DNA of 64,000 nt from Camelus ferus (GCF_009834535.1 NC_045696.1:22322001-22386000), one strand, 5' to 3'; shown: positions 23,605-36,705, counted from the first letter of the stretch. The notes: a model not told the origin generated them from the letters alone. A program made the numbers and translations.

Positions 23605-24057
23605 TGACTTGGGCTGACCCTGAGGTACAGATCTCAGTGTAGGCTTTTATTTAGAAGGTGATCCCAGGAATCATGAGCAGGGAAGTGGGGAAGTGGGGTA
23701 CCATGGAAGACAGCCAGTAGAAGGCATGTTGATGAGCAGACTGACTCTGTGAACAATGGTTTAATCCTAAGGGGAGATCCTGGAAGATTATGTAGAATAA
23801 ATCTGAGAGTTGTCCCATTTGATGGGTGAGGAGCTGGGGTGGTTTACTTACCAGCTCTCATCCGTCAATGGCTAAAGGCTCTTCCTGGGGATATTAACTC
23901 TCCAGCATTCCCCATTGGTCCTTTAAGGGTCTAGCACATTCCTAGACCTGGAGAAAGCCTTTAGGCAGACAGTCAGTCATTGGCTTTTACCCACAGGAAA
24001 TGTGTGAACAGTAAATGCTGGATGGATATAGGCTAGGCACCTATAGCATCTGTTACA
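23605..24057 (-). mobile_element. ERVL LTR16-like LTR
   Basis: TTTATTT.GAAGGTGATCCCAGGAA...GGCACC.ATAGCATCTGTTACA terminus. Confidence 0.6.
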
Positions 24058-24539
24058 TGGTTCTTAAGTTTTTTGGGCAGTTATCAGTCACTTGGAGAAT
24101 TTGACTAAAGTTATAGATCCTTTCACTAGAAAAAATAAGAAGTGCATACATATATACATGAATTTTGCATTCAATTTATTGGGAATTTGAAGTTCCACTT
24201 GAAGTGCCAAAGAGTCTCTGTCTTGGGGGATCTATGCTGATTTAGAAAAATTTTACCTTGTCTTAGCACTGAAAGGTAAATACAGAGTGATTGGGGCCAG
24301 CAAGGGAATCATCTATCATGGAAAGCCTTGTGGAAGAAAGCATTTTGAGGTAGGAGTAACAAACTCCATACTTACATTGAAATACCATACTCTAGATGGA
24401 GGTATGGATTTCATTATTAGCAGGACTCAGTTGTATGAAAGAGGGAGACCCAGCAGGTGGGTCCTTGTAGCAGATGGCATAACTAAGATATTGTAAGAAT
24501 GTTGTAACAGAGAGATTCCTAGTGACTGAAGAATAGTAT

Positions 24540-24901
24540 TGCTGTAGACTAACTGTTTGTGTTATCCCAAAATTCGTATGTTGAACGTTAGAGAATCCCC
24601 AATGTCATGGTATCTGAGGGCCTTTGGGAGATGATTAGGTCATGAAGGTTAAGCCCTCATGAATGGAATTGTGTCCTCATACAAGACACCTCAGAGACCC
24701 ACTTCACCCTTTCCACTATGTGAGGGCACAGTGAGAAGAGGGTCATCTTTGAACTAGGAAAAGGGTCCTTGCCACACACTGAATGTGCTTGCACCTTGAT
24801 CTTGGACCTCCCAGTCTCCAAAGCTGTGAGAAATAACTATTCGTTGTTGAAGTCACTCAGTCTGTGGTATTTTGTTAGAGCAGACCAAACAGACTAAGAC
24901 A
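24540..24901 (+). mobile_element. MaLR MLT1A-type LTR
   Basis: TGCTGTAGACT...AGACTAAGACA; 5-bp near-TSD AGTAT/TGTAT. Confidence 0.88.
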
Positions 24902-26181
24902 TGTATCTTCCCGAGGGGGGAATTGTGAGCCTCAGTCTGCTTCTAAAATTTCTATAGGAACAGCACAGTAATCTATTTCACTGTACATTTTGTTTGCAGA
25001 GTAGATAATGCAATTATATGGCCCCATCTTCAATAACCGTAAAAAGATATAAAAATAAAAAATTTCCTCTAGGTCCTGAATGCCAGTCATCTATACTTTC
25101 TCCAGAAATAGTAACTGTTATCAGTTTCAAGGACAGTAGTATCAGTGGCAATACGAGTTTCAAGCACCACAGTACTGAGGGTTGTGGGAGGGAGATTACC
25201 AGTACTTAGGAAAATGAATCATTATTGAAACAGTACCCACAATTGCCATGATGTCATTATGACTCAGGAACAAAGGCCAACATCATGAAACCAGTAAATA
25301 TAGCTCTCCCTGCCTGCTCCAGGTCGAGCAGAAGGCTTTTGGGTTTACTGGTGAGATTTCAGGCACAGACCTGGCACATTGGGATACAAGGGACATGAGT
25401 ACTTTCTCTCATTGCAGTGGACCTGGGGTCACTGGATCTCTCTTGTGGCTGGGTTATGCCTTCAGGTGACCCAGTGTTGGTAGCATGCATTTCCTAGGGT
25501 CTGGTATACCACGGGGGCCTAGGCAGGCAGCCGTGTCTGGTTCACTGCTGAGACAGAGGCTTTCTCTTACACAGAAGCTGGTCAGTGTAGACACTGTAAA
25601 ACAGCTCTTGGAGGCATAAGAATTCTGTGTTTTTGTTTTCCAAGAGGACCTGCTGATCGACAGGAGAGTAAATGGTGGCACCATGTTTGACCTACATGGT
25701 TTCCATGTGGTTCCTGAGTAACTAGGGATGAGTGGAGGGGAAGGGGCCATGAACTATAGGTTATGGGCAGAAGCTCCAATTTTGGGGTGCCAGGGATATA
25801 GGTGTTTCAGAAAGTTAAGCTAGAATATACTGGGATTATTCCTATTTCTTAACTAATTTAAAGAAATGAATTATGGCCACCCCACCCCCACCCCGAAAAA
25901 AAAGAAGGAGGAGGAGGAAGTGGAGGTAGAGGAATAATTGTCCGTAATTTCAGCTTCTTGATCATCTGCTGGTGCTCATGGTCCCTGAGAATCTGTTTCA
26001 ACCAGAGCCTGACTTCCGTTAAGTAACACAGCAAAGTCTCTAAGGTTGACCTGATGGCCAAGGAGTTTTGACCTTTGATTCTAAGAGTGTGTGTGTGTGT
26101 CTGTGTTCAACAAGTCTGATAGTCCTGTTAGGCCTGAGTCATTTAGGGAGAAACGTGCACTCTGGAATGAAAAGACAGACC

Positions 26182-26570
26182 TGTGTTAGTTCAGGTCCTT
26201 CAAGAAGCAAATGGCAAGACAGGGTTAGAAGTGCATGATGTTTCTGGGGGAAAATCCCTGTGAGGGAAATGGAGAGAGAGGGAACAGGGGAGGCTGAGAG
26301 ATCCTCAGACCACAACACTGATCTGACTCCCCTGAAGGACAGAGGGAAGGAAAGAAGGGTGGGTGGGAAGAGTCTCAGACTGTAGTGCAGTTCAAAAGTT
26401 TGGGCAAAGCCAGTGGGGAGCCCTCAAGCCAAAGTCACCAGGTGAGGAACGAGCCTCCCTTTATTTCCCTACAACACGGGGCCATTGGCTGGAAGCAGCC
26501 TGTGGGCAGCTTGACCTGGGAACTGGTGGATTCAGAGCACAGCACCTGGGAGTGAGCCCAGGACTCCTGT
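26182..26570 (-). mobile_element. ERVL LTR16-like LTR
   Basis: TGTGTTAGTTCAGGTCCTTCAAGAAGCA...GAAGAGTCTCAGACTGTAGTGCAG. Confidence 0.65.
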
Positions 26571-26875
26571 AGATAGGGCTGATTTCACAAATTTGAAAAT
26601 ATCTGTAATGAATTTGGATCAGAGTTTGGAGTATTTCAGGATGATAAGAGAGGAGAGGGGGCGCTTTAGGGAATAACAACAGCCCAAACAACTGACATTT
26701 ATGTATTATGTGCACCATGTTAGTTGCTAAGCTCCAGATGATCAAATCATGTAATGCCTGCAATGACACTGTGAAGTTCTGTATTATTTCAGTTTGAAGT
26801 GGTAGAACTAAAATTAACTTAGGTGAAAAAAAAAAGAATTTCTAGAATTTACCTGCTCACATAACCAGGCTGTTT

Positions 26876-27110
26876 CAGAGCTGGGATTAGAGGGAGGCAA
26901 GTGAGGTAGGTAATGCAAGTGCAGAGTAGGATCCTGTTTTTATTTAATAAGTTAATTTTTTTCCATCATGGTTTTTTTTTATATTAATTTTGATTTTTAA
27001 AAATATCATTTAAAATACTGGGGTTTTTTGATAACTGAGTTTTGTTTGCATCCCTTTAAATTTCGCTCCTAAGATGAATGCCTCACTTGTCTCACCCTAG
27101 TCCCAACCTG
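26876..27110. mobile_element. MER96B-like hAT MITE inserted in an old MLT1 LTR
   Basis: Terminal inverted repeats CAGAGCTGGGATTAGAGGGAGGCAAGTGAGG / CCTCACTTGTCTCACCCTAGTCCCAACCTG. Confidence 0.7.
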
Positions 27111-27778
27111 CTTCAGGCATGGCTGAATCCACAGGTTCAAATGAACACATCATGACTCAGCTAGTTCCTTTGACTCTGCTTTTTCTTAGTTCGATTTTAT
27201 TTTAGCTAGGCGCCTTCTATATGTGGCTTTCAGCATTCATAAGTCAGAGGGAAAGAGACACATTCTTGGATTTTTGCAAGGACCCTGCTTGAGTCCATCT
27301 GAAACCTAGGGCATCCTGGAAGAATTTTAAATTATAAGGTATACTCCAATCCAGGAAGACATTTAATTTCTGGATTCTTATTGCTTTCTTTTTGGAAACT
27401 CAATCTTTTTTAAAAATCATATTTATAGTTTACAAAATTCTCACTGGAAAGCAAAACCAGTTTTAACTAACTTCACATATTGACTAGGTGAGAAAACCAA
27501 AGTATCTTTCATTGAGGCAGCATTTTTATGGGATAATAAATTTCTATTTGTGCAATAATAACATATCAAGGATATCTTGTTAATAGAAGAAAGCAAGATG
27601 CAAAACCATGTCTGTCATAAACCACCGTTTGTGTGAAGTACAGTATATGTATGTGTGTATGCATATGATTATTATTTCTGGAAAGATATAGAAAAACACT
27701 GATCATACTTATTGCTTCTGAGGATGGTAGTTGGGTGGCTGGGAGACCATGGGAGAAAAACTAAGTTTTCACTATATA

Positions 27779-27928
27779 GGGGGGAGGGTATAGCTCAAGT
27801 GGTAGAGTGCATGCTTAGCATGTGAGAGGTCCCGGGTTCAATCCCGGGTAACTCCTCCAAGTGGAAATCAATGAAGAAACCTAATTACCTCCCCCTCAGA
27901 AAACAAACAATACAAATTTTCATTGCAT
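27779..27928 (+). mobile_element. Vic-1-type SINE with 22-bp TSD
   Basis: TSD AAAACTAAGT(T/G)TTCACT(A/G)TATA at 27757-27778 and 27929-27950. Confidence 0.92.
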
Positions 27929-29499
27929 AAAACTAAGTGTTCACTGTATAATATCTTTTGAATTTTGTACTGTGTGCATACATTATCCATTCAAAAATTT
28001 TAAAATACTTACTTTTTTCTTAACAAATATGTGATAGATACTGTTATAGACATTAGGTATAAATTAGGGAACCAGACAGACAAATTTTCTGTGGTTCTGG
28101 AGTACATTACCAAGCCCTGATTTGGTAGAAAATGCAATTCATTATAAGATCCCCGGAGTGTAATACGGGATGTCAAAATGGCATGATTTTGTCTAATGTT
28201 CATTATTGATGTGGAAGGCAGTTTTCACTTTTTTACTCCTGAATTCTTTTACTCAAAATGAAATCCCTGCTGCAGTATAGACCCAGGGATGCTAGAGTTT
28301 TTACAAGGGATGTCTGAGATTAAAGAGACAGAAAACTAATGTTAGTTGACAATGGCAGTCTGTCCCCAATAGTAAATGCAAAGTGGAATTCATTACTGAC
28401 CCCTACCCCTGGTAATAAATATGGTGGTTGTGTCAATAATATTAAGAGCTACACAAATGTTTAATAAACATTGGTATCCAGAATTCCTGGAATGCCTGGG
28501 TGTTGAGTCAAAGAAGAAGTATGCTAATTTCATGAAGTCTCATGTTCTAGGGACCAAAGAGTTAAGATTACCTTAGGTTACCATGGCGGGAGATAATTCT
28601 GTAGTTATATGGGAGCACAGCTTCCTCCAGGAGTTTTCAGGATCTCTCCTTGCTACTCTAGAAGGCCGGAGGTGGTCATGAGTGACAGCAGGAGCGAAGG
28701 TCTCAGAATGCTTGTGCTAGCCTAGGTGATGGCGATGGGTGCTCCTCCAACTAGGAGACCTTGAGAAGCATTGGGAAAACTAGTGATTCAGTGAGGATGA
28801 GTAGAATTATCTCCTGTTTACTTCTCTGCTAAATCCCATTCGGTCCAGTTCCTGGGATTTAAAACTTTAACTCCAAAGTTTACTCATTGAATGTGTCAAT
28901 TCTTGAAGGAGCTCAAGGGCAAGTGATAATTACCTTCTATGAACATGGTAACAGTGATACAGTTTACAGAGTCCATACCTAACTTGGTCAAAATCTGCAG
29001 TGCTTCCAAGATAAACATCAGGAGAGGATGGAGGGATGTATGAATATGCAGGAACATAGGTTATGTGAAAATCCTGTCACCGAGGCAGGAGGAGGTGCCA
29101 TCACCCTGCCAGCTCATCCCCCTAGTACAGAACTGCTCAGCTGCCGGTGCGGCTAGATTTGCTTCTTCTGATAACCTCTCCCTGGACCACTTGCCTTGCA
29201 AGTCTGGAAGAAACAGCTTTTCCACCTTCATCTTTTTTTTTTTTTTTTTTTAATATCATGGAATTTACTAACATGAACACAATTGCTGTTAATACGTTGG
29301 CTATTCAAGTCTGCCTGGACTTGTTAGAGGAAGTGTATTTAGTTTCAGTGTTTCCTCACTTACCGTTTTAAATCACCATAGGTTATTCTCTAACATCTAT
29401 GTTACTATATCAGAGAACTTTAGACACAGAGAAAAGCCAAGAGATCAGTCTGTCTTATTCATTTCTCACACATGGATGCTGAGGTTCAGAGCGGAGAAA

Positions 29500-30680
29500 A
29501 GGTATTAATTTTTCCCTATTCAAAGAAAAATGATTTTACTAAAATTACTTGACAATTTGGAAAAGTACATGTAGTTAGTTCACTTTACAACAACATACCC
29601 AAATGGATTAAATAATTAAAAAAATAAAGTAATAACCAGAAGAATATATACATGTATATGTATGTGTGTATGTGTATACATACATACATAAGCTAAAAAG
29701 ATCTGTCCTACTTTTGGTAAACTTTATTGAAATATAACATATGGAAAAGAATACAAATCATAAGTGTACTGGATAAATTTTCTGAGTGAACACTTCTTTG
29801 TAATTACATAAAACCAAAGGAAGAAAACATAAGGAAAATGATAAGTTTGACAACACAAATATTTTAAAACATCTGTATGTCAAAAAAAAAATGTCAAACA
29901 AAATTACAAGCAAAAATGACAAACTTGGAAAATGTTTGGCAAATATATGACACGGATAATTACGTTAATATTTATTTTTTCAAAGTAAAAAAAATTAAGA
30001 AATTTGAATACCCCAGACAAAAACATCAGTAAAGTATACATAAGAAGCAATTAAATATGTGGGACAAAAAGAATCCTTCCCTAGTAACTAAAGAAATTGG
30101 CAATTACTGGAAAACATAACACTCCATTATGGAAGGTGCTGGAAACAGGCTTTTTGTATGCATTTCTTGCAAGAGTACAAGTGGAGTGTAAATGTAGGGT
30201 GGAAGGTGGGGGCTGTGGCTGTTTGCAGTTTGAAGTGCTTATCATGAAGCTGAATGTCTATAAGTACTTCTACTCAAAAAGTCTACTTCTAGAAATTTAC
30301 TTGGAGTTAATAATAGTAAAACAAATGAAATAGCTTAAAGTGTCCAAAAATAGGAGTTTGGTTTAACAGTAGAGCTATATGATATGATCTTCAGCCATTA
30401 AAAAAATCACAGAATATTGAATAACATGAAAAAAAATTGCAATATGTTAAATGAAGACAAATTGGAAAACCAAATGTATGCTCAGAACCCAGTTTTTAAA
30501 ATAAATGATGTACATGTATATGTGCTGAAAAAACACTGGTAGGTCTTGCATCAAAATATGAAGAAGTTTAAATACGAATGAAGAAATACAGATGATTTTA
30601 ATTTTTCTCTTTGTGTTTTTCTATATCTTCCAGGTTTTCAGTAGAGAGAATTAATTTTGTAACTAAGAAAAAAAATATGC
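29500..30680 (+). mobile_element. Old L1 (L1M) 3' fragments
   Basis: A-rich degenerate ORF2/3'UTR sequence (CTACTTCTAGAAATTTAC, CAGCCATTAAAAA). Boundaries approximate. Confidence 0.55.
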
Positions 30681-31952
30681 AATAAAAATAATTTTTAAAT
30701 GTTCTATAGCGTGATTGCATAAAGTCCATAACCTAGGCAGTAAAAATTTCCTTTTATGTGCTAAATGCACACAAAAGAAATAAAAATACTGATTCATTTC
30801 ATCTTTGTCTAAAAGTGTTAAGAAATTTTATACTCATCTTTAAAGACATACATGATATGGTTGCCTCTCTGTGGTAAAATCCAGAATCTTGACAAACATT
30901 CAACATACCACATCAGGATGAATTAAAAATAACCACTAATGAACAACCAAGGTATTAGTCTTGACAAACAGCAGAGAGAATACATTCGCTTAGAACACTG
31001 ACTAGATAAAATATATTGAATTATCAAATGTATCAAATTACTGTGATATCTCAGCATCATTTGAAGGTTTTCACAGAATTACAAGCATATAAATATTAAG
31101 CTTTTACTGACTTGCCAAATGGGATTATCTGCCAAATTTATGCCCTAAAAAGGCATAAGTACGTAAGTGTTTTCTTTCTTTTCTTATGTGAAAATGTTGC
31201 CACTCCCATCCTTGTACTGGTAGAGATGGAAAAAATCACCTCTGAGTAGATCATTAGGTCTTTTGCATTCTAGGAGGGCGTGGGCGATGCCCCAGAGAAA
31301 GGTAAAAAGAAGTATTTAGTTTAAAGCTAGCTTCTGAGCTAAGCTGTGGGACACCATTTACATCAGGACCCCAGGGGTCTTCTGGGAGGGGAGGGATAAA
31401 TACTCCAATCCTCACCCCCCAAGTTTTCTACCTGAGGTTTGATTTCGGGTAGATTTATAGGTTTGGACTAGGGTGGCCCCAACCAAGGCCCGGGTGCAAG
31501 TGATGCAGCAGGGCCTCTGAAATAAGATGTGGGGCAAGGAGCTGGCTCTGACCCTAAATTGAAAGGAAAAGCAAGGCCTTGGAGGAGCTACCCTAAGGTC
31601 TGTCCTGAACCAGGTCTCCTGGGGCCTTCTACTCCTTGAGTTGCTATTATTATGAACAGAAGAGACCACCTCTTCAAACTCTTACTTGGGATTCTGGACT
31701 CTGAAGGAATGCCTGTTCTTGAGGATCTTCTGTGAATTTTAAAGGGCTCTGTGTCAGCAGTTCTAACCGTAGAAATCTTGACTTGGGTGTTCTGGACAGA
31801 GACTCTGAATATGGGGGAGAAACTCACTCCTTTGCAGTAGTCAGGCTCTTAGAACTGGGTGAGAGAGACTGCTGCCCGGGGTCCCACACTGTAGAGGGCC
31901 ACACATGTCGCAAAAACAGCCACAAATAAATATTTAAGGAACACATAGGTAT

Positions 31953-32890
31953 CTGCTACGGACTGTACATTTGTGTCCCTCCCAAATTCATATATTGAAA
32001 CCCTAACCCCCGACGTGATGGTTTTTGGCATCATCACATTGGTCTTCGGGAGGTAAGTAGGGTTAGATTAGGTCCTGAGGGTGCTGCCCTCAGGATGGTG
32101 TTACTGAACTAGGTTACTTTTTGACCTGCAACAAGCCAGAACACGGAGACCCCGAGGTTTGCGCCAAGAGAAGCTTTATTCTCCAGGCAGCCAAAAGATA
32201 GGAGATGGAGTCTCAGATCACCCTCCCTGAAGGCAAGATGATCGGGGTGTTTATGGGATAAAGAATAATGCAGCAGGGCAGTCTGAGGCTTGGGAGCATG
32301 GGGAGCATTTGGGAAAGGTGAGTGGAAAAAGGTGCAGCAATCATTGTGCGCAGGCGTAACTAAGCTACAGGTCTCTGTACATTCAAAAATGGAGGCTCTA
32401 AGTACGATCAGAGGGTGGAGTTTTCTGCCCTCTGACGTCAAAAGGTCGCCTAGCGTACACTCGCGCATGCCCAGTTGGAGGGTCGATGGTCCCATCCAGT
32501 CTCAACCGGCTCAGCTTGAGCTAGACACAGCTGACGTCAAGTTCCCGGACAACAGCTCAGGAAAGCATCTTATTGTGTAGGCTACCTGCCTCCTGGAGGA
32601 TGTGCAAGTCTTAAAATGACCTTGATTCTCAGTGAAGACAGGTAAAATGGCAGTGGGATCAATGCCCTTAAACAAAGAGGAGGAGCCGGGGTTTCTGTCT
32701 CTGCGTGCGTCCCCACGGAAGGCGTTGTGAGGCCGTAACTGGGGAGAGGTTCGCCTCACTGAAAGCCTGACGTGCTAGCACCCTGATTGTCTTGGAGTTC
32801 CAGTCTCTAGAACTGTGAGAAATAAATGTTTGCGGTTCAAGCCACCCAGTTGATGGTATGCCGTGGGAGCAGCCCGGACTGCCTGAGACC
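31953..32890 (+). mobile_element. MLT1A-type MaLR LTR split by an ERV1 LTR
   Basis: TGCTACGGACTG..CAAATTCATATATTGAAACCCTAA. The host resumes as GATCAATGCCCTTA after the insert and ends in CTGTGAGAAATAAATG..GAGAC. Confidence 0.85.
32099..32652 (-). mobile_element. Solo ERV1 LTR, CpG-rich
   Basis: TGTTAC...GGCA; near-TSD ATGG/GTGG; minus-strand AATAAA near 32175; interrupts the MLT1A cleanly. Confidence 0.85.
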
Positions 32891-34309
32891 GCACCTTTAT
32901 CGCGCTGCCTGTGACCCGCTCAGTATCCACTCCAGTGGCCAGCGTCATTCAGGCCCCAGGACAGGCTTCTCCATGTCTCCCGACTTCCTTCAAGCTAAAG
33001 GCTACCCGTGACCACATATGAAGGTCTGCAGGACTGCTGCTGCCAGTGTCAGAAAAACACACTGCCCTATGGCGCCAGGAGGACTCGTCGAGCGGGAATG
33101 CCCAGGTAAGAGAAAGGACAGGTTGCCCAGTCCTTCCAATCAGCTGGCACGAATGCAGTAGATCCTTGCTTACTAAAGGGGCCTTTTGCAGTCAGTGGGG
33201 CGCTTGCATTTTCTTGCTTCTGTTCATGCTCCCCACTGTGAGTACCTGTCCGTTTGGCATCACGTGGTATACAGAACAGTGGCAAATGAGGTTGAAGAAT
33301 CCACGTTACTTTTAAATGTGCGTATATATGTCTGAACATACTGACATGGGATGATTCTTTGTGTTGGTAACTAGATGGACATTGAATGGTAGAATGATGC
33401 TTAATTTAAAAAATTAGTACAATGTAATTAAATTTCCAAAAGGTTAGTAAATATTCAGCATTTAAAATAATGTTGATTTAAAATTGTGATATTTTAAAAT
33501 TCTAGTTTGTATTTTGCCTTTAATTTCAATACATCTTTAAATATTTTTGAAAAATGTAGTTTTCATTATTTGGTTTTTTAACCTTTATTTTAATTTCCAT
33601 ATTTTGATGAAAGTATCATCCAGTTTTCTATACTTTGAACTTTAATCATCAAATTTTGAACACTTTGGATATAATTACATTTAAAAAATTCTTGAGATCA
33701 TTACTGTTAATTGATCACAAATTATAAGAGTGTCTTTATAACAACAAAATGCTTATTTTGCTGAAACAAGGATGAGAAAAATTGACATAAATAGTAATAT
33801 ATAAATTAAATGTCTGTTTTATTAGTGGTTCAAACATTAAACAGAGTACTGTTATTTCTCCTTCTCTTCCTCTAGCTTCTTGTATGCATAAAAAATCATA
33901 GACTAATGATGAATTATCTATAATTTCAAACAAGCTGCGTTTTGTCCTCATTAACCAGAGGTTTCATATCAAATAAATTTTAGGAGCTTGATTTACCAAA
34001 ATTATTCTGTGAATGCTCCTCTGATTTACAGTCCTCTTTCCAAAATAGATACCAAGGCAAAGTATAGAAAGGAAGCTTAGTGTGGGAAATTCAGATAACA
34101 CCTTTAGGATGCATATATGATGTGCAAGCAAAAGGAAGTAGGTTCAGTTATACGTAGGTCATCTCTTTGGTGTATTGTTTTTTCGGCACACTTGGAACCC
34201 AGTGTAACCTGCAGCTACATAAATCTGTCGACAGTACTTCTGGGGGAAATGTAATGTGTGAGTGTTTGATGGAAAATATTCAAGGTATATTCAGAACTTT
34301 ACAAAAAAC

Positions 34310-34760
34310 AAGGTAGGAATCCTATGTTGAGCTCTTATGTATTAGCACTAGGAAGAGTTTTATGTACATTATTTCCTTTAATTCTCACTATGGAAGGTAC
34401 TATTATGAACTCCATTTTACAGAAAACCAAAGCCAAAGAGATTAATTAACTTGAATAGATCCTACAGGTAGTAATTGGTGGACATGAGATCCAAACCCAA
34501 GCAAACTTCTTCCCAAACGTTTACTTTTGAGGATGGAGTTAGGCCCCGGGGTTGTCTTGTCTTTCCAGTCCTGCCTCTACCACTTACTAATTGTGTGACT
34601 TCAGGAAAGTTACTCTCCGAGGCTAGGTTTTCCTGTCTACACAATGGGACTAGCAATAGTACTAACATTGTAAGGTCACTGTGATAGTGTAAAGAGACAG
34701 TGTAACTGCAGTTCTTAGTAAAATGTCTGGTGCAGAGTAAGGGCTCAATAAATGTTGGTT
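34310..34760. mobile_element. Two MIR fragments (opposite orientations)
   Basis: CCATTTTACAGA..AGAGATTAATTAACTTG, and TGTGTGACTTCAGGAAAGTTAC..CTCAATAAATGTT. Confidence 0.6.
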
Positions 34761-35008
34761 GTAACTATATTGTAAACTACTCAATCATACTACTATTAAA
34801 ATATTCATGCTTATTGACCTAATACATCTACATTTTAGAGTCTGTTCTGAGGAATAATCAGCCATAGATAAGCAAACAAATTTATGTACGAGGCTGTTTC
34901 TTGAACTTTTATACAAATGAGATTTTAGAAAAAATTAACTGTGTAAAAAGAGGGAAATTGAAAAATGACTTCATACGATGGATGATGAACAGACACAAAA
35001 TGTTTTTT

Positions 35009-35133
35009 GAGGGGAGGGTATAGCTCAGTGGTAAAGCACCTGTTTAGCAAGCATGAGGTCCTGGTTTCAATGCCCAGTACCTCTGTCAAAACAAATAAAT
35101 AAACCTAATTACCTCCCTCACCCCAAAGAAAAG
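35009..35133 (+). mobile_element. Vic-1-type SINE
   Basis: GGGGAGGGTATAGCTCAGTGG..CAGTACCTC..AAATAAACCTAATTACCTCCC. Confidence 0.9.
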
Positions 35134-35734
35134 AAAATTCTTTTTAAAGTTTTAGAAAAATGGTCACATGGGGAATAGATTATTACATATATGAAATAGA
35201 TGCATAAAAGGGAAATGCAAGCCTATAAATACTATGTTTCCTCAATTTAAAACCATTTATTAATTAAAGTAGGAAGTGTTAATTAAGTGTCACATATGTG
35301 TGTTAGGCACTGTTCTGGGTACAGAAGATACAGCAGAAATAGTCACTGTCCTTCTCCAGGAGGACATTTATCCCAGTAGATTATATACACAATAAGAAAC
35401 CAGAAGAAAATGCTTATTTTCTACCACTGTGTATTGGAATACACACTGTCATGATTGTCAATACTCAATTATTATCATAAAATCGATATATGCATATTAC
35501 AAAGAATTTGTGGAATGCAGAAAAGCACAAAAATGAAAGTTAAAAAACATGAGATTTTGTTATTAAGAAATAACACAGTAGTATACCTTACTTAAAACAT
35601 TTTTCAATAAAAAGAAGGAAGAAGAGTGAAAGATAAACTTCTCCACAAATTGGATACTATAAGTCCTATACATAAATACAGTTTAATTCAAATATACAAT
35701 ATAAGAAAAGAAACAAATAAAACTAAAGGAATTA

Positions 35735-36239
35735 TTGAAATTTAAAATCAGGACATTGATGACAAATTGCAATGATCATGCAGTGATCACAGTTCAGGCA
35801 TACAGAAATGGAGCTGGGTGGCCACTGAGGATCTGGTCTAGGACACATCTCTGCGCCACTGAAAATTTGAATTTTCTTTGAACTGCACCAGACCCAAGGA
35901 CACTGCCAGGAAAATTCAGAACAACACCTGCCAGCTACAACCTTATGGTTTCAAGGTCTCCCCTTCTAACTATGCAACCAATTCGGACCCCAACCAATCC
36001 TTACTTAACAAGCATCCTTTCTTCTTGCCAGATCTAATTATAATTCTTGATGAAGAGCTCATGTAACTAACTGTAACCTTGTGGTTTTTTGCCTTTATAA
36101 CCCTCCCCCATTCTGTAGTCAGGCTGAACACAATTCAAGTGCTTCTTGAATTTGTGATTCCTGGGCTGCAGTCCTAACAAATCTCAAATAAATACTTTTT
36201 AAATTTAAATCAGGTCTCTTTCTAAAATTTTGGTTAACA
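35735..36239 (+). mobile_element. ERV1 solo LTR (left end uncertain)
   Basis: CCAAT boxes, TTTATAA, CCTGGGCTGCAGTCC..AAATAAA, and a terminal GGTTAACA. Confidence 0.6.
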
Positions 36240-36384
36240 TCATAGTTGTTTACTACAAGAGATAATATTTTCTAGAAGGTTCCTCTTAAGAAAGAATCTA
36301 TGAAAAATACAAAGAAGTTGCAGTCGTATTTATTTTTTAATAAAATCTTTACATCTTAGCTGGTAGTAATTAACATCCTGCTAT

Positions 36385-36705
36385 TGGCCTTAAAAAGAAA
36401 AGTCAGAAAAATGAGTTTTCTTCGGGAATAGCAGGGGAATTTCATTTCAGGACAAGCAAACTATGGTGAACCATGGGCAAGTCTGGAGAACAGGGGAGAG
36501 GGGCTAGCTCTTATAGAAGAGAGGAGGAAATCGGGGAGGCTGTGGTGGTTCTTCATTGGCTGCGAGTCGGGGGCAGCTTGTTGCTGGGTCAGAAGGAAAT
36601 CATTTTTCCTCTCAGGTTGGCAAGGGAGGGTGAGTGACATTCATGACAGTTCCCCACTCAGGGCTTCCTGACTCCGTTTTAAGTGAAGTTTCTTTTATTT
36701 TCATA
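36385..36705 (-). mobile_element. ERV LTR fragment
   Basis: GGGAATAGCAG..AAGCAAACTATGG..TTCATTGGCTG..GGGCTTCCTGACTCCGTTTTAAGTGAAGTTTC, an ungulate LTR-like block. Confidence 0.55.
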
